A stretch of DNA of 64,000 nt from Candidatus Bathyarchaeota archaeon (lineage in GTDB: Archaea > Thermoproteota > Bathyarchaeia > Bathyarchaeales > Bathycorpusculaceae), in contig CAVRFW010000003.1 in the NCBI GenBank assembly GCA_963720565.1, positions 96,001-160,000 on the forward strand, given 5' to 3'. Positions 1 to 9,815 of this stretch are shown piece after piece. The notes beneath the pieces were generated by a model. The model made no database searches. It worked only from the letters and a program-made list of their open reading frames with translations, and was not told where the DNA came from. The translations under genes and the position numbers were made by a program. The stretch's first letter is position 1. Each line of letters starts with the position of its first letter.

Positions 1-35
1 GACAAGCTGCAGTTGGTGGATTTTGGAGTTTCTAA
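1..35 (+). CDS. hypF: 3' end of an upstream gene, probably carbamoyltransferase HypF (partial)
   Basis: Frame from position 3 reads QAAVGGFWSF-stop, resembling the HypF C-terminal (G)QA motif, and lies directly upstream of hypC-hypD. Only 10 codons are visible. Confidence 0.45.
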   Translation, partial: QAAVGGFWSF

Positions 36-84
36 ACCATACCCTTTTTATCGCGGTCTGCGCCCGTCTAATGATTGATCAAGT

Positions 85-309
85 ATGTGTTTAGCGATTC
101 CAGCTCGGGTCATACATATAGATGGCGACAAAGCCCAAGTGGATTTCGGAGAAGGAGTCTTACGGGATATTAACATAACGCTCGTGGAAACGAAAGTGGG
201 CGGATACGTTTTGGTGCACGCGGGCTACGCCATAGAAACTGTCGAAGAGAAAGATGCTATGGAAACATTGCGATTGTGGAGCGAGATTCTCGCTGCCGGA
301 ACTCCCTAG
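85..309 (+). CDS. hypC: Hydrogenase maturation chaperone HypC
   Basis: N-terminal MCLAIP and YVLVHAGYAI motifs; 74 aa; precedes hypD. Confidence 0.97.
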   Translation: MCLAIPARVIHIDGDKAQVDFGEGVLRDINITLVETKVGGYVLVHAGYAIETVEEKDAMETLRLWSEILAAGTP

Positions 310-327
310 TCTCAAGTTGTGGGTTGC

Positions 328-1410
328 ATGGCGGAAAAAAACAGGTTCAGGGACCCAAACCTCGCAAGAAACTTGTCGCGCCAAATCCAGAAGATAGCGC
401 CCAAAACTGGGGAAATCAAAATCTGCCATGTGTGCGGAACACATGAATGGACTATTACCCATTACGGATTACGCAGCCTTTTGCCCGAAACTGTTGAAGT
501 AATCGCTGGTCCTGGCTGTCCCGTTTGCATTTTGCCTGCAGCTGAAATTGATGAGGCTGTGCAACTTGCTCAGAAAGATGTTGTAATTACTTGCTTTGGC
601 GACGTTCTCCGTGTGCCAGGTAGTCATAAGAGCTTGTTGGAGGCTAAGGCAGAAGGTGCTGACGTTCGAATTGTCTACGGAGTTTCAGACGCTATTGACA
701 TGGCCAAGAAAGAACCAGATAAAGAGTTCGCGTTCTTCGCAGTGGGTTTCGAAACTACTGCGCCATCCACGGCGGTTGAAGTGCTCGGAAAGCCCCCTGA
801 AAACTTTAGTTTTTTGGTTTCACACAGATTAATACCTCCTGCAATGGAGCTTCTCCTGGGTATTTCAGACTTGTGCATTAACGGTTTCATAGCGCCTGGT
901 CACGTTAGCGCCATCATTGGTTTGAAGCCATACGAGCTTTTTCCCCGAGTTTACAGTATGCCAACAGTTGTGGCTGGTTTCGAACCAACAGATGTTTTGA
1001 TGGCAGTATGGATGATTCTTCGACAAACCAATGAAAAAACCGCGCGCCTGGAGAACGAATACTCACGCATTGTGAAATGGGCAGGAAACACGAGAGCGCT
1101 GGAAATGATGGACCAGACAATGGAGGTTACCGATGGAAATTGGCGGGGAATCGGCAGGCTAACCGACTCTGCTTTGAAATTGCGCGCGGAGTTTTCAGAC
1201 CTTGATTCAAGAAAGAAATTTGACGTTCACGTTGCACAAGGTAAAGACATTCTGCTAGGGTGCAAATGTCACTTGGTAATCATTGGAAAAATAAAGCCCA
1301 AAGAGTGCCCAATGTTTATGAAAGCATGTACACCAGAAAAACCAATCGGAGCATGCATGGTCAGCAGCGAGGGAACCTGCAGGGTCTGGGCGAAGGCAAG
1401 TTCCACTTAA
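328..1410 (+). CDS. hypD: Hydrogenase maturation protein HypD
   Basis: HVCGTH, GPGCPVC, GFETT, PGHVS and C-terminal Fe-S GACMVSSEGTC motifs. ATG 328 chosen over GTG 319. Confidence 0.97.
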   Translation: MAEKNRFRDPNLARNLSRQIQKIAPKTGEIKICHVCGTHEWTITHYGLRSLLPETVEVIAGPGCPVCILPAAEIDEAVQLAQKDVVITCFGDVLRVPGSHKSLLEAKAEGADVRIVYGVSDAIDMAKKEPDKEFAFFAVGFETTAPSTAVEVLGKPPENFSFLVSHRLIPPAMELLLGISDLCINGFIAPGHVSAIIGLKPYELFPRVYSMPTVVAGFEPTDVLMAVWMILRQTNEKTARLENEYSRIVKWAGNTRALEMMDQTMEVTDGNWRGIGRLTDSALKLRAEFSDLDSRKKFDVHVAQGKDILLGCKCHLVIIGKIKPKECPMFMKACTPEKPIGACMVSSEGTCRVWAKASST

Positions 1411-1438
1411 TTGCTACTATGTACGCAGACATGTGTTC

Positions 1439-2056
1439 TCAACCCACTATTTCTGCTTTAATTATTTTGACATCAGTTAGCGGCTTGTCACCATCGTCTG
1501 TTCCAACGTTTGATATATCGTCAACGACATTCATGCCCGAAATTACGGTTCCGAACACCGAGTGCTTGGTGTCTAGGTAATTGTTATCCACGACGTTAAT
1601 GAAGAATTGACTGCTTCCAGTATCTGGTTGCCCAGTATTTGCCATGGCTACAGTGCCGCGAGCATTCAGGTTGCTGCCGCTCAGTTCATCTTCAATATTG
1701 GGGATTGAGGGATCCCCGTATCCAGTACCAGTCGGGTCACCGCCTTGAATCATAAAACCAGCGATGACTCGGTGAAAAATTGTGTTGTCATACAAACCCT
1801 GTTGAACAAGGTTCTTGAAATTTCCGGTTGTTATAGGTCTGTCGTTTCGCAGTTGTATAGTGATGTTGCCCATGGTTGTTTGAAGCAGCACTGTTCCAGC
1901 GTTGTTTGAGCCATTTGAACCAACATACCCTGACATGTACAACACTACAATCACGATTGCCACTACCACACATAAACCTATTGCAAGGGGCAGTGTCCTA
2001 TTTTTGCGAGAGCCTTTTTTAGTCGCTTTGCTTTTGCGAGATTTATGGGAATTCAT
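1439..2056 (-). CDS. Cyclophilin-type peptidyl-prolyl isomerase with N-terminal membrane anchor
   Basis: FHRVIAGFMIQGGDPTGTG, AMANTG, SQFFIN and HSVFG motifs; basic N-terminus followed by a hydrophobic helix. Confidence 0.95.
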   Translation of the reverse strand: MNSHKSRKSKATKKGSRKNRTLPLAIGLCVVVAIVIVVLYMSGYVGSNGSNNAGTVLLQTTMGNITIQLRNDRPITTGNFKNLVQQGLYDNTIFHRVIAGFMIQGGDPTGTGYGDPSIPNIEDELSGSNLNARGTVAMANTGQPDTGSSQFFINVVDNNYLDTKHSVFGTVISGMNVVDDISNVGTDDGDKPLTDVKIIKAEIVG

Positions 2057-2152
2057 AGCTCAAAGAATTGAACGTTTTTTATTTAAATGTTTATCGATTT
2101 AGGAATTCATGCATCTGTGCGCTTCAGCTGAAATAGCCTCGCTGCAATCGTG

Positions 2153-3223
2153 TTAGCATATTCTAGGAACTGGGTCCCCTACGGGTTTTGCGATTATCCG
2201 TTTGCCTCCTACAACCGTCTGCATTGCCACGCCTTTGAACTCCTTTGTCACTTCTCCGATTATTTCCGCGTTTTTGCCTTCATCTGTATTCTTCAGCCAG
2301 TTTCGAACCTGCTTGGCCTTGGCTGGTACAACACCGATTATGATTTTTCCTTCGTTTCCGATTTCAAGGGGGTCCAAGCCCAACATTTCGCACGCCGCAC
2401 GAACATCTTCTCTGATCGGAATTTTGTCTTCATTGATCAGTATGCCTACTTGGGATTTTTCGCTTAACTCGTTCAGAGCATCAGCTAATCCGCCACGTGT
2501 CGGGTCTTTCATAGCCGTGACTCCGCCGATTTCGCCCAGCAGATTCTGAATCATTCTATTCAGTGGTTTGACATCGGATTTTATTTCGCTCCCGAAGGAT
2601 AATCCTTGCTGGGCTGAAAGTACAGCCAAACCATGATCGCCTATAGTCCCTGACAGGATAATCTTGTCACCAATGCTCAGATTAGAGTCGAGAACCCAAC
2701 GGGGCTTGAAATCATTTCGGTACTGCTTCACTACTCTAAGGTTGGTTTCCAACGCTGCAGTTCTTCTTCCAATTCCCGAAACGTTCATTACGCAACCACC
2801 TAAACTTCCTTTCTCGACAACTTTAGTGTCTCCAGTGACTATGCCGACGTTCGCTTCAGCACAAGTCTGCTGCATGCTCAATAGAATCCGTTCCAAGTCA
2901 GAAATAGCCAAGCCCTCTTCTAGAATCAAGCCGCATGCCAAGGCGTAAGGCTCAGCTCCCAAAACTGCGATGTCATTCACGGTACCAGAAATGGCGATAC
3001 GGCCAATATCTCCACCTGGAAAAAATATGGGCTTAACCGCGTGTGAATCGCTCTTAAGAACAATGTCGCCAACAACGGCCGCGTCATCCATAGCTTCAAG
3101 CGGAACCTCAGCGTTCGTGCATGATTCCCCAAAATACTTCACAATGTAGTTCTTAACGAGGTTGTGCATAACGGTGCCACCTGCACCATGCAACATTGTG
3201 ATTGCGCCTTTCTTGTCGGACAT
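2153..3223 (-). CDS. hypE: Hydrogenase maturation protein HypE
   Basis: HGAGG, FFPGGDIG, GDTKVV, DPTRGG, NEGK and the diagnostic C-terminal PRIC. Start set at ATG 3223 after an AAGGAG SD. Confidence 0.96.
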   Translation of the reverse strand: MSDKKGAITMLHGAGGTVMHNLVKNYIVKYFGESCTNAEVPLEAMDDAAVVGDIVLKSDSHAVKPIFFPGGDIGRIAISGTVNDIAVLGAEPYALACGLILEEGLAISDLERILLSMQQTCAEANVGIVTGDTKVVEKGSLGGCVMNVSGIGRRTAALETNLRVVKQYRNDFKPRWVLDSNLSIGDKIILSGTIGDHGLAVLSAQQGLSFGSEIKSDVKPLNRMIQNLLGEIGGVTAMKDPTRGGLADALNELSEKSQVGILINEDKIPIREDVRAACEMLGLDPLEIGNEGKIIIGVVPAKAKQVRNWLKNTDEGKNAEIIGEVTKEFKGVAMQTVVGGKRIIAKPVGDPVPRIC

Positions 3224-3543
3224 TCTTCGTCCTACTCCTTTGCAGTTTAGATAAGTAACCTCATACGTGAAACATAAACACATCGCAGAAACGTCGACCA
3301 TGACAAATTTGGTGTATTACTGAAACCTTCCCGTCTGAATCAGTAGAATCTAATCTGTAAGCTTCGCAGACTTGGGATAACTATAAAAGACAATTCATCC
3401 TCCAGGATACGTACACCTCACGTCCGTAGTTGCCCCCAATGGGGACGCATACGTTTCAGTTTAGTCTGAAAACCTAGTTGTGATACGGAAAGCCATATAA
3501 ATCGCCATTACGCTGTTGAAATGCGCAGTTGGAGAATAGACAA

Positions 3544-4029
3544 ATGCCAAAATGGGGATACTCAGTAGTAGCTGAAGAATTAGATCCTGAAAAAACAGCG
3601 AAAGCCAGTGGTCGAGAACTCAGGGTATCCCATAAATCTGCCCGCGAAGTGTGCAGATCAGTCAAGGGCATGATGCTTTCTAACGCAAAAGCATACCTCA
3701 GAGACGTGCTGGACAAGAAGAGAGCCGTTCCTTTTAGGAGATACACAAAGAAAATTGGGCACCGTCACGGTCTGGAAAAAACCTTTGCAGGAAGATACCC
3801 CGTAAAAGCTGCTAAACAAGTATTGAATGTGATTGAAGCTGCAGAAGCCAACGCTGAAAATAAAGGCTTAGATGTAGACAAACTTCGAATATTGCACGCT
3901 GCTGCCTATCAAGGTATGAAAATTAAACGGTTCACTCCCAGAGCTCAGGGGAGAGCTTCACCGAACTACGATACTACAACGCATGTAGAAATTGTCTTAG
4001 ACGAGAAACCTGGACAAGGAGAGGCATAG
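3544..4029 (+). CDS. rpl22: 50S ribosomal protein L22 (uL22)
   Basis: AVPFRRY, GRYPVKAA, PRAQGRA and HVEIVL motifs; first gene of the r-protein cluster. Confidence 0.96.
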   Translation: MPKWGYSVVAEELDPEKTAKASGRELRVSHKSAREVCRSVKGMMLSNAKAYLRDVLDKKRAVPFRRYTKKIGHRHGLEKTFAGRYPVKAAKQVLNVIEAAEANAENKGLDVDKLRILHAAAYQGMKIKRFTPRAQGRASPNYDTTTHVEIVLDEKPGQGEA

Positions 4030-4031
4030 TC

Positions 4032-4796
4032 ATGTCCATAGTTAAGCGTTTTATTACAGAATCAATAAAGAGAACAGAAATTGACGAATTCTTGCAAAAG
4101 AAACTTGAACGCGCCGGTTATGGTGGCGTAAATCTTTCTAAAACTCCTCTTGGGACTCATGTTGTAATATATGCTATGCGGCCAGGTTTGGTCATTGGAC
4201 GTGGCGGAGAAACCATCAAAGAACTGGCCACTTCTTTGGAGCAGACTTTTAAGGTTACAAACCCGCAGATTTCGGTTTCAGAGATCGAGGTTCCTGAATT
4301 CAACGCTTATGTTGTTGCAGCCCGTGTCGCCTCAGCGTTACAGCGGGGAGTTCACTTTAGGCGCGCTGGATTTTGGGCTCTAAATCAGGTTATGGATGCA
4401 GGAGCCTTAGGCGCAGAAATCGTAATAAGTGGGAAATTGCGTACAGAACGTGCTCGGTTCGAAAAATTCCGTGCAGGTTATTTCCCGAGGTGCGGTGAAC
4501 CAGCATTACGTTTTATGAAGAAGGCTGAAGTTCACGTTCAACTTAAACCAGGTATAATTGGTGTAAGAGTCAAGCTTATGCCTCCGGATGCTCAGTTTCC
4601 AGACAAGATTCGTATAGTTCAAGAACTGCCGCCTGAAGAGAAAACAGAAGAACCTGTGATTGAGCAACAAGAGCAAGAAGTGGCAGAAGTCTCCGAACTG
4701 AAACCCTCTGAACAAGAAGCAGTGGAGCAGGCAACCGACAAAGTTGCCGTAACTGAAACAGAGAAGACTGAAGCTGGTGAGGAGGCAAAAGAATAG
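4032..4796 (+). CDS. rps3: 30S ribosomal protein S3 (uS3) with acidic C-terminal tail
   Basis: KH domain RPGLVIGRGG, GAEIVISGKL and KPGIIGVRVK motifs; conserved gene order. Confidence 0.97.
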   Translation: MSIVKRFITESIKRTEIDEFLQKKLERAGYGGVNLSKTPLGTHVVIYAMRPGLVIGRGGETIKELATSLEQTFKVTNPQISVSEIEVPEFNAYVVAARVASALQRGVHFRRAGFWALNQVMDAGALGAEIVISGKLRTERARFEKFRAGYFPRCGEPALRFMKKAEVHVQLKPGIIGVRVKLMPPDAQFPDKIRIVQELPPEEKTEEPVIEQQEQEVAEVSELKPSEQEAVEQATDKVAVTETEKTEAGEEAKE

Positions 4797-5078
4797 ATGC
4801 CTATCCTAAGGATGAAAGAAATCGATGCCATGTCCTCCGAGGATAGAGCAAAGAAACTCTCTGAACTCAGGGCGGAACTGGCGCGACTTAGAACAATGGT
4901 TAGGGCAGGTGGCGCCGTAGAAAATCCCGCTAGAATAAGGGGACTGCGAAAAACAATTGCTCAAATACTTACCATAGAGACTGAAAAGAAACTAGGTATC
5001 AGGAAGACAGAAGAAAAACCTGCAAAGAAAGCTGCAAAAGCAAAGAAAACCAAGGAGAAGGTGCAGAAAACCCAATGA
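4797..5078 (+). CDS. rpl29: 50S ribosomal protein L29 (uL29) with Lys-rich tail
   Basis: ENPARIRGLRKTIAQILT motif; follows S3. Confidence 0.95.
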   Translation: MPILRMKEIDAMSSEDRAKKLSELRAELARLRTMVRAGGAVENPARIRGLRKTIAQILTIETEKKLGIRKTEEKPAKKAAKAKKTKEKVQKTQ

Positions 5079-5356
5079 AAGTAACTCCTGACATCATACG
5101 TAGTGAATTCATTGGAACTGAAGGCAAGATTTCCAAAAGCCACCATAAGGGATACGTTGGGATAGTCGGAGAAGTAATCGATGAAACAAAAAACACATTC
5201 ACAATAATGCACAGGGGCAAGGCAAAGAGCATAGTGAAAGATCAGGCGGTTTTTAGCTTCAAATTTTCCAACGGAACAATTGTTGAAACTGAAGGTAGGC
5301 TCTTAACCGGAAGGTCTGAAGACCGTCTCAAAAAAAGTATTAAGAGGTTATGGTAA
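5075..5356 (+). CDS. rnp1: Ribonuclease P protein component 1 (Rpp29/Pop4)
   Basis: EFIG...GEVIDETKNT...GRSEDRL pattern; conserved position between L29 and S17. Confidence 0.93.
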   Translation: MKVTPDIIRSEFIGTEGKISKSHHKGYVGIVGEVIDETKNTFTIMHRGKAKSIVKDQAVFSFKFSNGTIVETEGRLLTGRSEDRLKKSIKRLW

Positions 5357-5673
5357 TGTCTCTAACTTTCAAGAAACCCAAGAAATCTTGTGACGATCGG
5401 GATTGTCCATTCCATGGTTCTCTTTCTGTAAGAGGGCGTGTTCTTGATGGCGTCGTCGTCACTGCAAAGATGGACAAGACAGTTGTTGTAGAACGTGAGT
5501 ATCTGCAGTTCTCAACAAAGTTTGTGCGATATGAGCGCAGGCGGGGTCACATTCCTTCGCATAACCCGCCCTGTGTAGATGCAAAAGAAGGAGACCGCGT
5601 GCGGATTGCGGAGTGCAGGCCAGTCAGCAAAACAGTAGCTTTTGTTGTTGTTGAAAAACTGGGGGAAAAGTAG
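5356..5673 (+). CDS. rps17: 30S ribosomal protein S17 (uS17)
   Basis: CPFHGSLSVRG, KMDKTVVVER and ECRPVSKT motifs. Confidence 0.97.
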   Translation: MSLTFKKPKKSCDDRDCPFHGSLSVRGRVLDGVVVTAKMDKTVVVEREYLQFSTKFVRYERRRGHIPSHNPPCVDAKEGDRVRIAECRPVSKTVAFVVVEKLGEK

Positions 5674-5674
5674 A

Positions 5675-6115
5675 TTGGCAGCTAAGGCTAAACAGCGTGC
5701 TCTCATAGCTAAAGGAATGCTCGGGCACGGTCAGAAAATCTCTCGTGGATTACTGGCAGGCTCAGCTTTGAGGTGCACAGATAACACAGGCGCTCGTGTT
5801 TTGCGTCTTATCCAAGCAATGGGGTATAAAGGCAGATTGAGACGTTATCCGTCAGCCACGGTTGGGGACAAGGTAACAGTTTCTGTGAGACAGGGATCTC
5901 CAGACATGAAGAAGAAGATTTTTCAAGCGGTCATCGTGCGCCAGAGAAAGTCTTACAGAAGAATTGATGGTATTTGGGTTCAGTTTGAAGACAATGCAGC
6001 TGTCATAATTACGCCTGATGGCGAAATGAAAGGCTCAGAAATCCGCGGACCTGTTGCAAGAGAAGCTGCTGAAAGGTGGCCTAGAATAGCTAGCGCTTCA
6101 AGCATGATAGTGTAG
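5675..6115 (+). CDS. rpl14: 50S ribosomal protein L14 (uL14)
   Basis: DNTGAR, FEDNAAVI and GPVAREAAERWP motifs; TTG start at 5675 just after the S17 stop. Confidence 0.96.
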   Translation: MAAKAKQRALIAKGMLGHGQKISRGLLAGSALRCTDNTGARVLRLIQAMGYKGRLRRYPSATVGDKVTVSVRQGSPDMKKKIFQAVIVRQRKSYRRIDGIWVQFEDNAAVIITPDGEMKGSEIRGPVAREAAERWPRIASASSMIV

Positions 6116-6126
6116 GTGAAAAACTG

Positions 6127-6840
6127 ATGCAAAAAACAAGACAAGTTAAAAACCCGCGGAAACAGAGAAAATTTCTCCATAATGCGCCTGCTCACCTGCG
6201 CCACAAACTTATGGCAGCTCCGCTTTCTAAAGAGCTTGTAGCTTCAAAAGGTGCTAAAACTCTTCCGGTTAGGAAGGGTGACACAATTCGTATAATGCGC
6301 GGAGACCATGTAGGATTCGAAGGAAAAGTCTCACGGATAGACCTGAAGCGTTACCGCATTTTCGTTGAAGGCTTGACACGGGAAAAGGTGGACGGAACAA
6401 ACATATTCGTTGCAGTACATCCATCCAAAGTGATGATAAAAGGCTTAAATCTTGATGACAAATGGCGAAAAGCAATCCTTGAAAGAAAGCACGCGCTAGA
6501 ACTTCCCCAAAGAATAGAGGTAGCAACCGTTAGGCCAGCAAAGAAAACCGCCAAAACGAAAGAGGAAAAACCAGTTGAGAAGGCAAAAGACGCTCCGATG
6601 GAGGAAAAGCTGCCAGAAGAGAAGCCGACGGTTAAAACCAAAGCAGCAGGGAAGAAAACAGCAGCGAAGAAAGAAGAGCTAACTACAACTGAAGGCAAAC
6701 CCGCTCAAAGAAAAAGGAAAGAAAAAGCGCAAACTGCAAAGGCGAAATCCGCTGACAAAGAAAAGAAGCCAAAGGCAGCAACAAAGAAAACGCCTGCGAA
6801 ACGAAAGGCAATTGCTTCTGAAAAAGAAGGAGGAACGTAG
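6127..6840 (+). CDS. rpl24: 50S ribosomal protein L24 (uL24) with long Lys/Ala/Glu-rich C-terminal extension
   Basis: PRKQRK, LPVRKGDTIRIMRGD and VHPSKVMI motifs; about 110 further low-complexity residues. Confidence 0.95.
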   Translation: MQKTRQVKNPRKQRKFLHNAPAHLRHKLMAAPLSKELVASKGAKTLPVRKGDTIRIMRGDHVGFEGKVSRIDLKRYRIFVEGLTREKVDGTNIFVAVHPSKVMIKGLNLDDKWRKAILERKHALELPQRIEVATVRPAKKTAKTKEEKPVEKAKDAPMEEKLPEEKPTVKTKAAGKKTAAKKEELTTTEGKPAQRKRKEKAQTAKAKSADKEKKPKAATKKTPAKRKAIASEKEGGT

Positions 6841-6842
6841 TT

Positions 6843-7610
6843 ATGGGAAAGAAAGGAAAAACTGGAAGGCTTAAACGCAAACCAGCACCAAGGTTCTGGC
6901 CAATCCACAGAAAAGAGTTCCAATGGATAGTGAAACCTTCACCTGGACCGCATTCACTAGAAAAATGTCTCCCGCTGTCCATAGTCCTCCGGGATATTTT
7001 CGGAGTAGCTGAAACCCGGAGAGAGGCAAAGACAATTGTTGCTCAGGAGAAAGTCTATGTTGATGGAAAAGCAAGACGCAGGGACGATTTTCCAGTCGGG
7101 TTGATGGATATCATTTCCATGCCAGTCACGAACAAGTTCTACAGAGTCTTGCCTACTCACAAAGGTTTATCGCCTATACAAGTCAACAAAGAAGAAGCTT
7201 CTTTCAAACTGCTTAGAGTGGAAGACCAAATAATCGGAAGGAACGGAGCCGTGCAATTTGCTTTTCATGATGGTTCAAACATGCGCGTTAAAACGGAGGA
7301 TTCGAAAAACCCACCTTCTGTTTCATACGCAACTTTTGATGTACTGAAGGTGGGTCTCCCAGACAAGCAAATAATCGCTAGTCTGAAAACAAAAGAAGGT
7401 AACTCCGCTGTTATAACTGGTGGAAAGAACATCGGAAAGCAAGGCAAAATAGTGGAGATTGAAAAGACTGAAGCCAAGAAACGCCGAAATGCCCTAGTAA
7501 TAGTCGAGGACAAAGATGGAAATCGTTACCAAACAATTTTGGATTTTGTCTTCTCAATTGGAGAAAATGCACCGTTGATAACTTTGCCGGAGGAAGCGAA
7601 AGTTGTCTGA
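6843..7610 (+). CDS. rps4e: 30S ribosomal protein S4e (eS4)
   Basis: LKRKPAPRFWPI, PSPGPH, FPVGLMD and ITGGKNIG motifs. Confidence 0.97.
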   Translation: MGKKGKTGRLKRKPAPRFWPIHRKEFQWIVKPSPGPHSLEKCLPLSIVLRDIFGVAETRREAKTIVAQEKVYVDGKARRRDDFPVGLMDIISMPVTNKFYRVLPTHKGLSPIQVNKEEASFKLLRVEDQIIGRNGAVQFAFHDGSNMRVKTEDSKNPPSVSYATFDVLKVGLPDKQIIASLKTKEGNSAVITGGKNIGKQGKIVEIEKTEAKKRRNALVIVEDKDGNRYQTILDFVFSIGENAPLITLPEEAKVV

Positions 7611-8142
7611 AGACGTTGAAGTTAAGAAGTGGGATGAGCAGCCAATGCTCAAACCCAGAATTGAAAAAGTAGTAGTTAATCTTAACGTGGGTAAATCAGG
7701 TGAACCCCTGGAGAAGGCTACTAGAGTCTTGAAGGAGATAACGGGCCAGCTTCCTGTCAAGAGAAATGCCAAGAATACGATTAGGGATTTTGGCATAAGG
7801 AAAGGAGAACCTATAGCGTGTACCGTAACTTTGCGAAAACAAAAAGCCATCGACTTTCTGAAAAAGGTTCTTCCAGTTGTCGACAATAAGATTTCCCGCT
7901 CGTCTTTTGATGTTCAAGGCAACTTCGCCTTTGGTCTCAAAGAACACATAGAAATTGTAGGTGTGAAATATGATCCTGATGTGGGGATTTTCGGTATGGA
8001 TGTATGTGTCGCCGTGAACCGCCCGGGGCAAAGAGTAAAAACTAGACGGAAACAAAAAACCCGTGTCGGACGTACGCATGTATTAACTCCTGAAGAATCG
8101 GTTGTTTTCATTAGGCAGACTTTAGGAGTTGAAATTTCTTAA
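7603..8142 (+). CDS. rpl5: 50S ribosomal protein L5 (uL5)
   Basis: [18 protein letters not shown] and [11 protein letters not shown] motifs. Confidence 0.97.
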   Translation: MSEDVEVKKWDEQPMLKPRIEKVVVNLNVGKSGEPLEKATRVLKEITGQLPVKRNAKNTIRDFGIRKGEPIACTVTLRKQKAIDFLKKVLPVVDNKISRSSFDVQGNFAFGLKEHIEIVGVKYDPDVGIFGMDVCVAVNRPGQRVKTRRKQKTRVGRTHVLTPEESVVFIRQTLGVEIS

Positions 8143-8158
8143 ACTAGAAGGGAAGCTT

Positions 8159-8323
8159 ATGGGAAAACAACAAGTGAAAAAAGAACGAAAATACGGCAAA
8201 GGCGCACGACCTTGCGTCAGGTGTGGTTCATACGGACCAGTTATCCGACGTTACGATTTATATTTGTGCAGGCACTGTTTTAGGGAAGCGGCTCCAAAGC
8301 TTGGCTTCAAAAAATACGAGTAA
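8159..8323 (+). CDS. rps14: 30S ribosomal protein S14 (uS14, zinc-binding)
   Basis: CVRCG...LCRHCFRE...GFKKY motif. Confidence 0.96.
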   Translation: MGKQQVKKERKYGKGARPCVRCGSYGPVIRRYDLYLCRHCFREAAPKLGFKKYE

Positions 8324-8335
8324 TGGTGTTGTGGT

Positions 8336-8719
8336 ATGGACACGCTGACAAATGGCTTAATAACCATAATAAATAACGAAATGCGCAACAAGCGAGAATG
8401 CATAATCAGTCCTGCGTCTAAACTATTGGGTCGTGTGTTGAGGATTATGCAGCTGAACGGTTACATAGGCGAATTCGAGTTTATCGATGATGGGCGATCT
8501 GGCAAGTTCAAGGTGCAACTTCTGGGAAGGATAAACAAGTGTGGTGCCGTTAAACCGCGCTTTTCGGTCAAGTTGGGCGAGTTTGAGACTTGGGAGAAAA
8601 AGTTCCTGCCGTCGAGAAACGTTGGAATCATGGTAGTTTCGACCTCTAAGGGTGTAATAGCCCACAGAGATGCTGAAGAGAAGAACTTGGGAGGCAGGTT
8701 GCTAGCCTTCGTATACTAA
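8336..8719 (+). CDS. rps8: 30S ribosomal protein S8 (uS8)
   Basis: GYIGEFEFIDDGRSG, GRINKCG and GGRLLAFVY motifs. Confidence 0.97.
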   Translation: MDTLTNGLITIINNEMRNKRECIISPASKLLGRVLRIMQLNGYIGEFEFIDDGRSGKFKVQLLGRINKCGAVKPRFSVKLGEFETWEKKFLPSRNVGIMVVSTSKGVIAHRDAEEKNLGGRLLAFVY

Positions 8720-8733
8720 AATGGGTGTTTTTG

Positions 8734-9279
8734 ATGCGACTACCAGAAATCTCCAAGACGATTAACGTTCCTGAAAGTGTGATAATCACTTTGGAGGGAC
8801 GAAAAGTGACCGTTGAAGGCGAAAAGGGCACCTTGGTTCGCGATTTCTCTTTTGTTCCCATATCCATTGAAGCTAACGGCAAAACCGTCCGCGTTTGGGC
8901 TGAATGGCCTCGCAAGAAGGAAGCCGCTTTGGTCGGAACTATTCATTCCCATATTAAGAACATGATTAGCGGTGTCCAGAAGGGATTCACATACAAGCTA
9001 AAAATCGTGTTTTCCCACTTTCCGATTTCTGTTAAGGTTCAGGGTAGAACATTGTTTATTGAAAACTTCACTGGCGAACGTAGAGAACGCAAAGTGAAGT
9101 TAATCGGTGATGTAAAAGTAAAAATTCAAAGCGAAGACATAATTGTAGAAGGCGTGAACCTGGAGGATGTTAGCCAAACTGCCGCTAACATTGAACAGGC
9201 TACCAAAGTAAAGAGCAAGGATCCGCGTGTCTTTCTGGACGGCATTTACGTTTTTGAACGAAACGAGGGGATAGAGTAG
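8734..9279 (+). CDS. rpl6: 50S ribosomal protein L6 (uL6)
   Basis: SHFPISV, QTAANIEQ and KDPRVFLDGIYV motifs. Confidence 0.97.
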   Translation: MRLPEISKTINVPESVIITLEGRKVTVEGEKGTLVRDFSFVPISIEANGKTVRVWAEWPRKKEAALVGTIHSHIKNMISGVQKGFTYKLKIVFSHFPISVKVQGRTLFIENFTGERRERKVKLIGDVKVKIQSEDIIVEGVNLEDVSQTAANIEQATKVKSKDPRVFLDGIYVFERNEGIE

Positions 9280-9815
9280 TGTCGGAACGAAAGATACCAA
9301 TCTCGAAGAAAGCTCTGAAGACTCGCGAAAGAGCTAAAAACAAGAAACCAAGCTTCGTTAGACCTGAAAGCTGGCGTTATGACAAGTTCAGCGAAAGCTG
9401 GCGTCGACCTCGCGGACTGGATAACAAGATGCGGCGCAAAATCAAGGGGTGGCCGCCTACCGTAAGCACAGGCTATAAGGGACCCAAAATTGCTCGAGGC
9501 CTTCATCCATCCGGATACCGTGAAGTTATGGTGCACAATGTCGACGACATAGCAAAGGTTGACCCTGCAACTCAAGCTGCCAGAATAGCGCACACGGTTG
9601 GAATGAGGAAGAGGGCACAGATAATAGCTCAAGCCAAGAAACGTAAGGTTTATGTCTTGAATTTTAAGGTGATTAAGGAGTCTCCTCAGAAAGAGACGGT
9701 TGCCGAACAAAAGGAGCCGGAGACATCTAAGTCGCAAAAGAAACCTGCGAAAAAGGCTGACAAACCAAAAAAAGAGTCAAAGAAAACTAAAACGGAGAAA
9801 GGTGCTAAAGAATGA
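9279..9815 (+). CDS. rpl32e: 50S ribosomal protein L32e with Lys-rich tail
   Basis: WRRPRGLDNKMR and RGLHPSGY motifs. Confidence 0.96.
   Translation: MSERKIPISKKALKTRERAKNKKPSFVRPESWRYDKFSESWRRPRGLDNKMRRKIKGWPPTVSTGYKGPKIARGLHPSGYREVMVHNVDDIAKVDPATQAARIAHTVGMRKRAQIIAQAKKRKVYVLNFKVIKESPQKETVAEQKEPETSKSQKKPAKKADKPKKESKKTKTEKGAKE

Noticed and set aside
85..3223. Novel hydrogenase system
   Set aside because: Only standard maturation genes are present. No hydrogenase subunits are in the window, and the interposed cyclophilin looks incidental.
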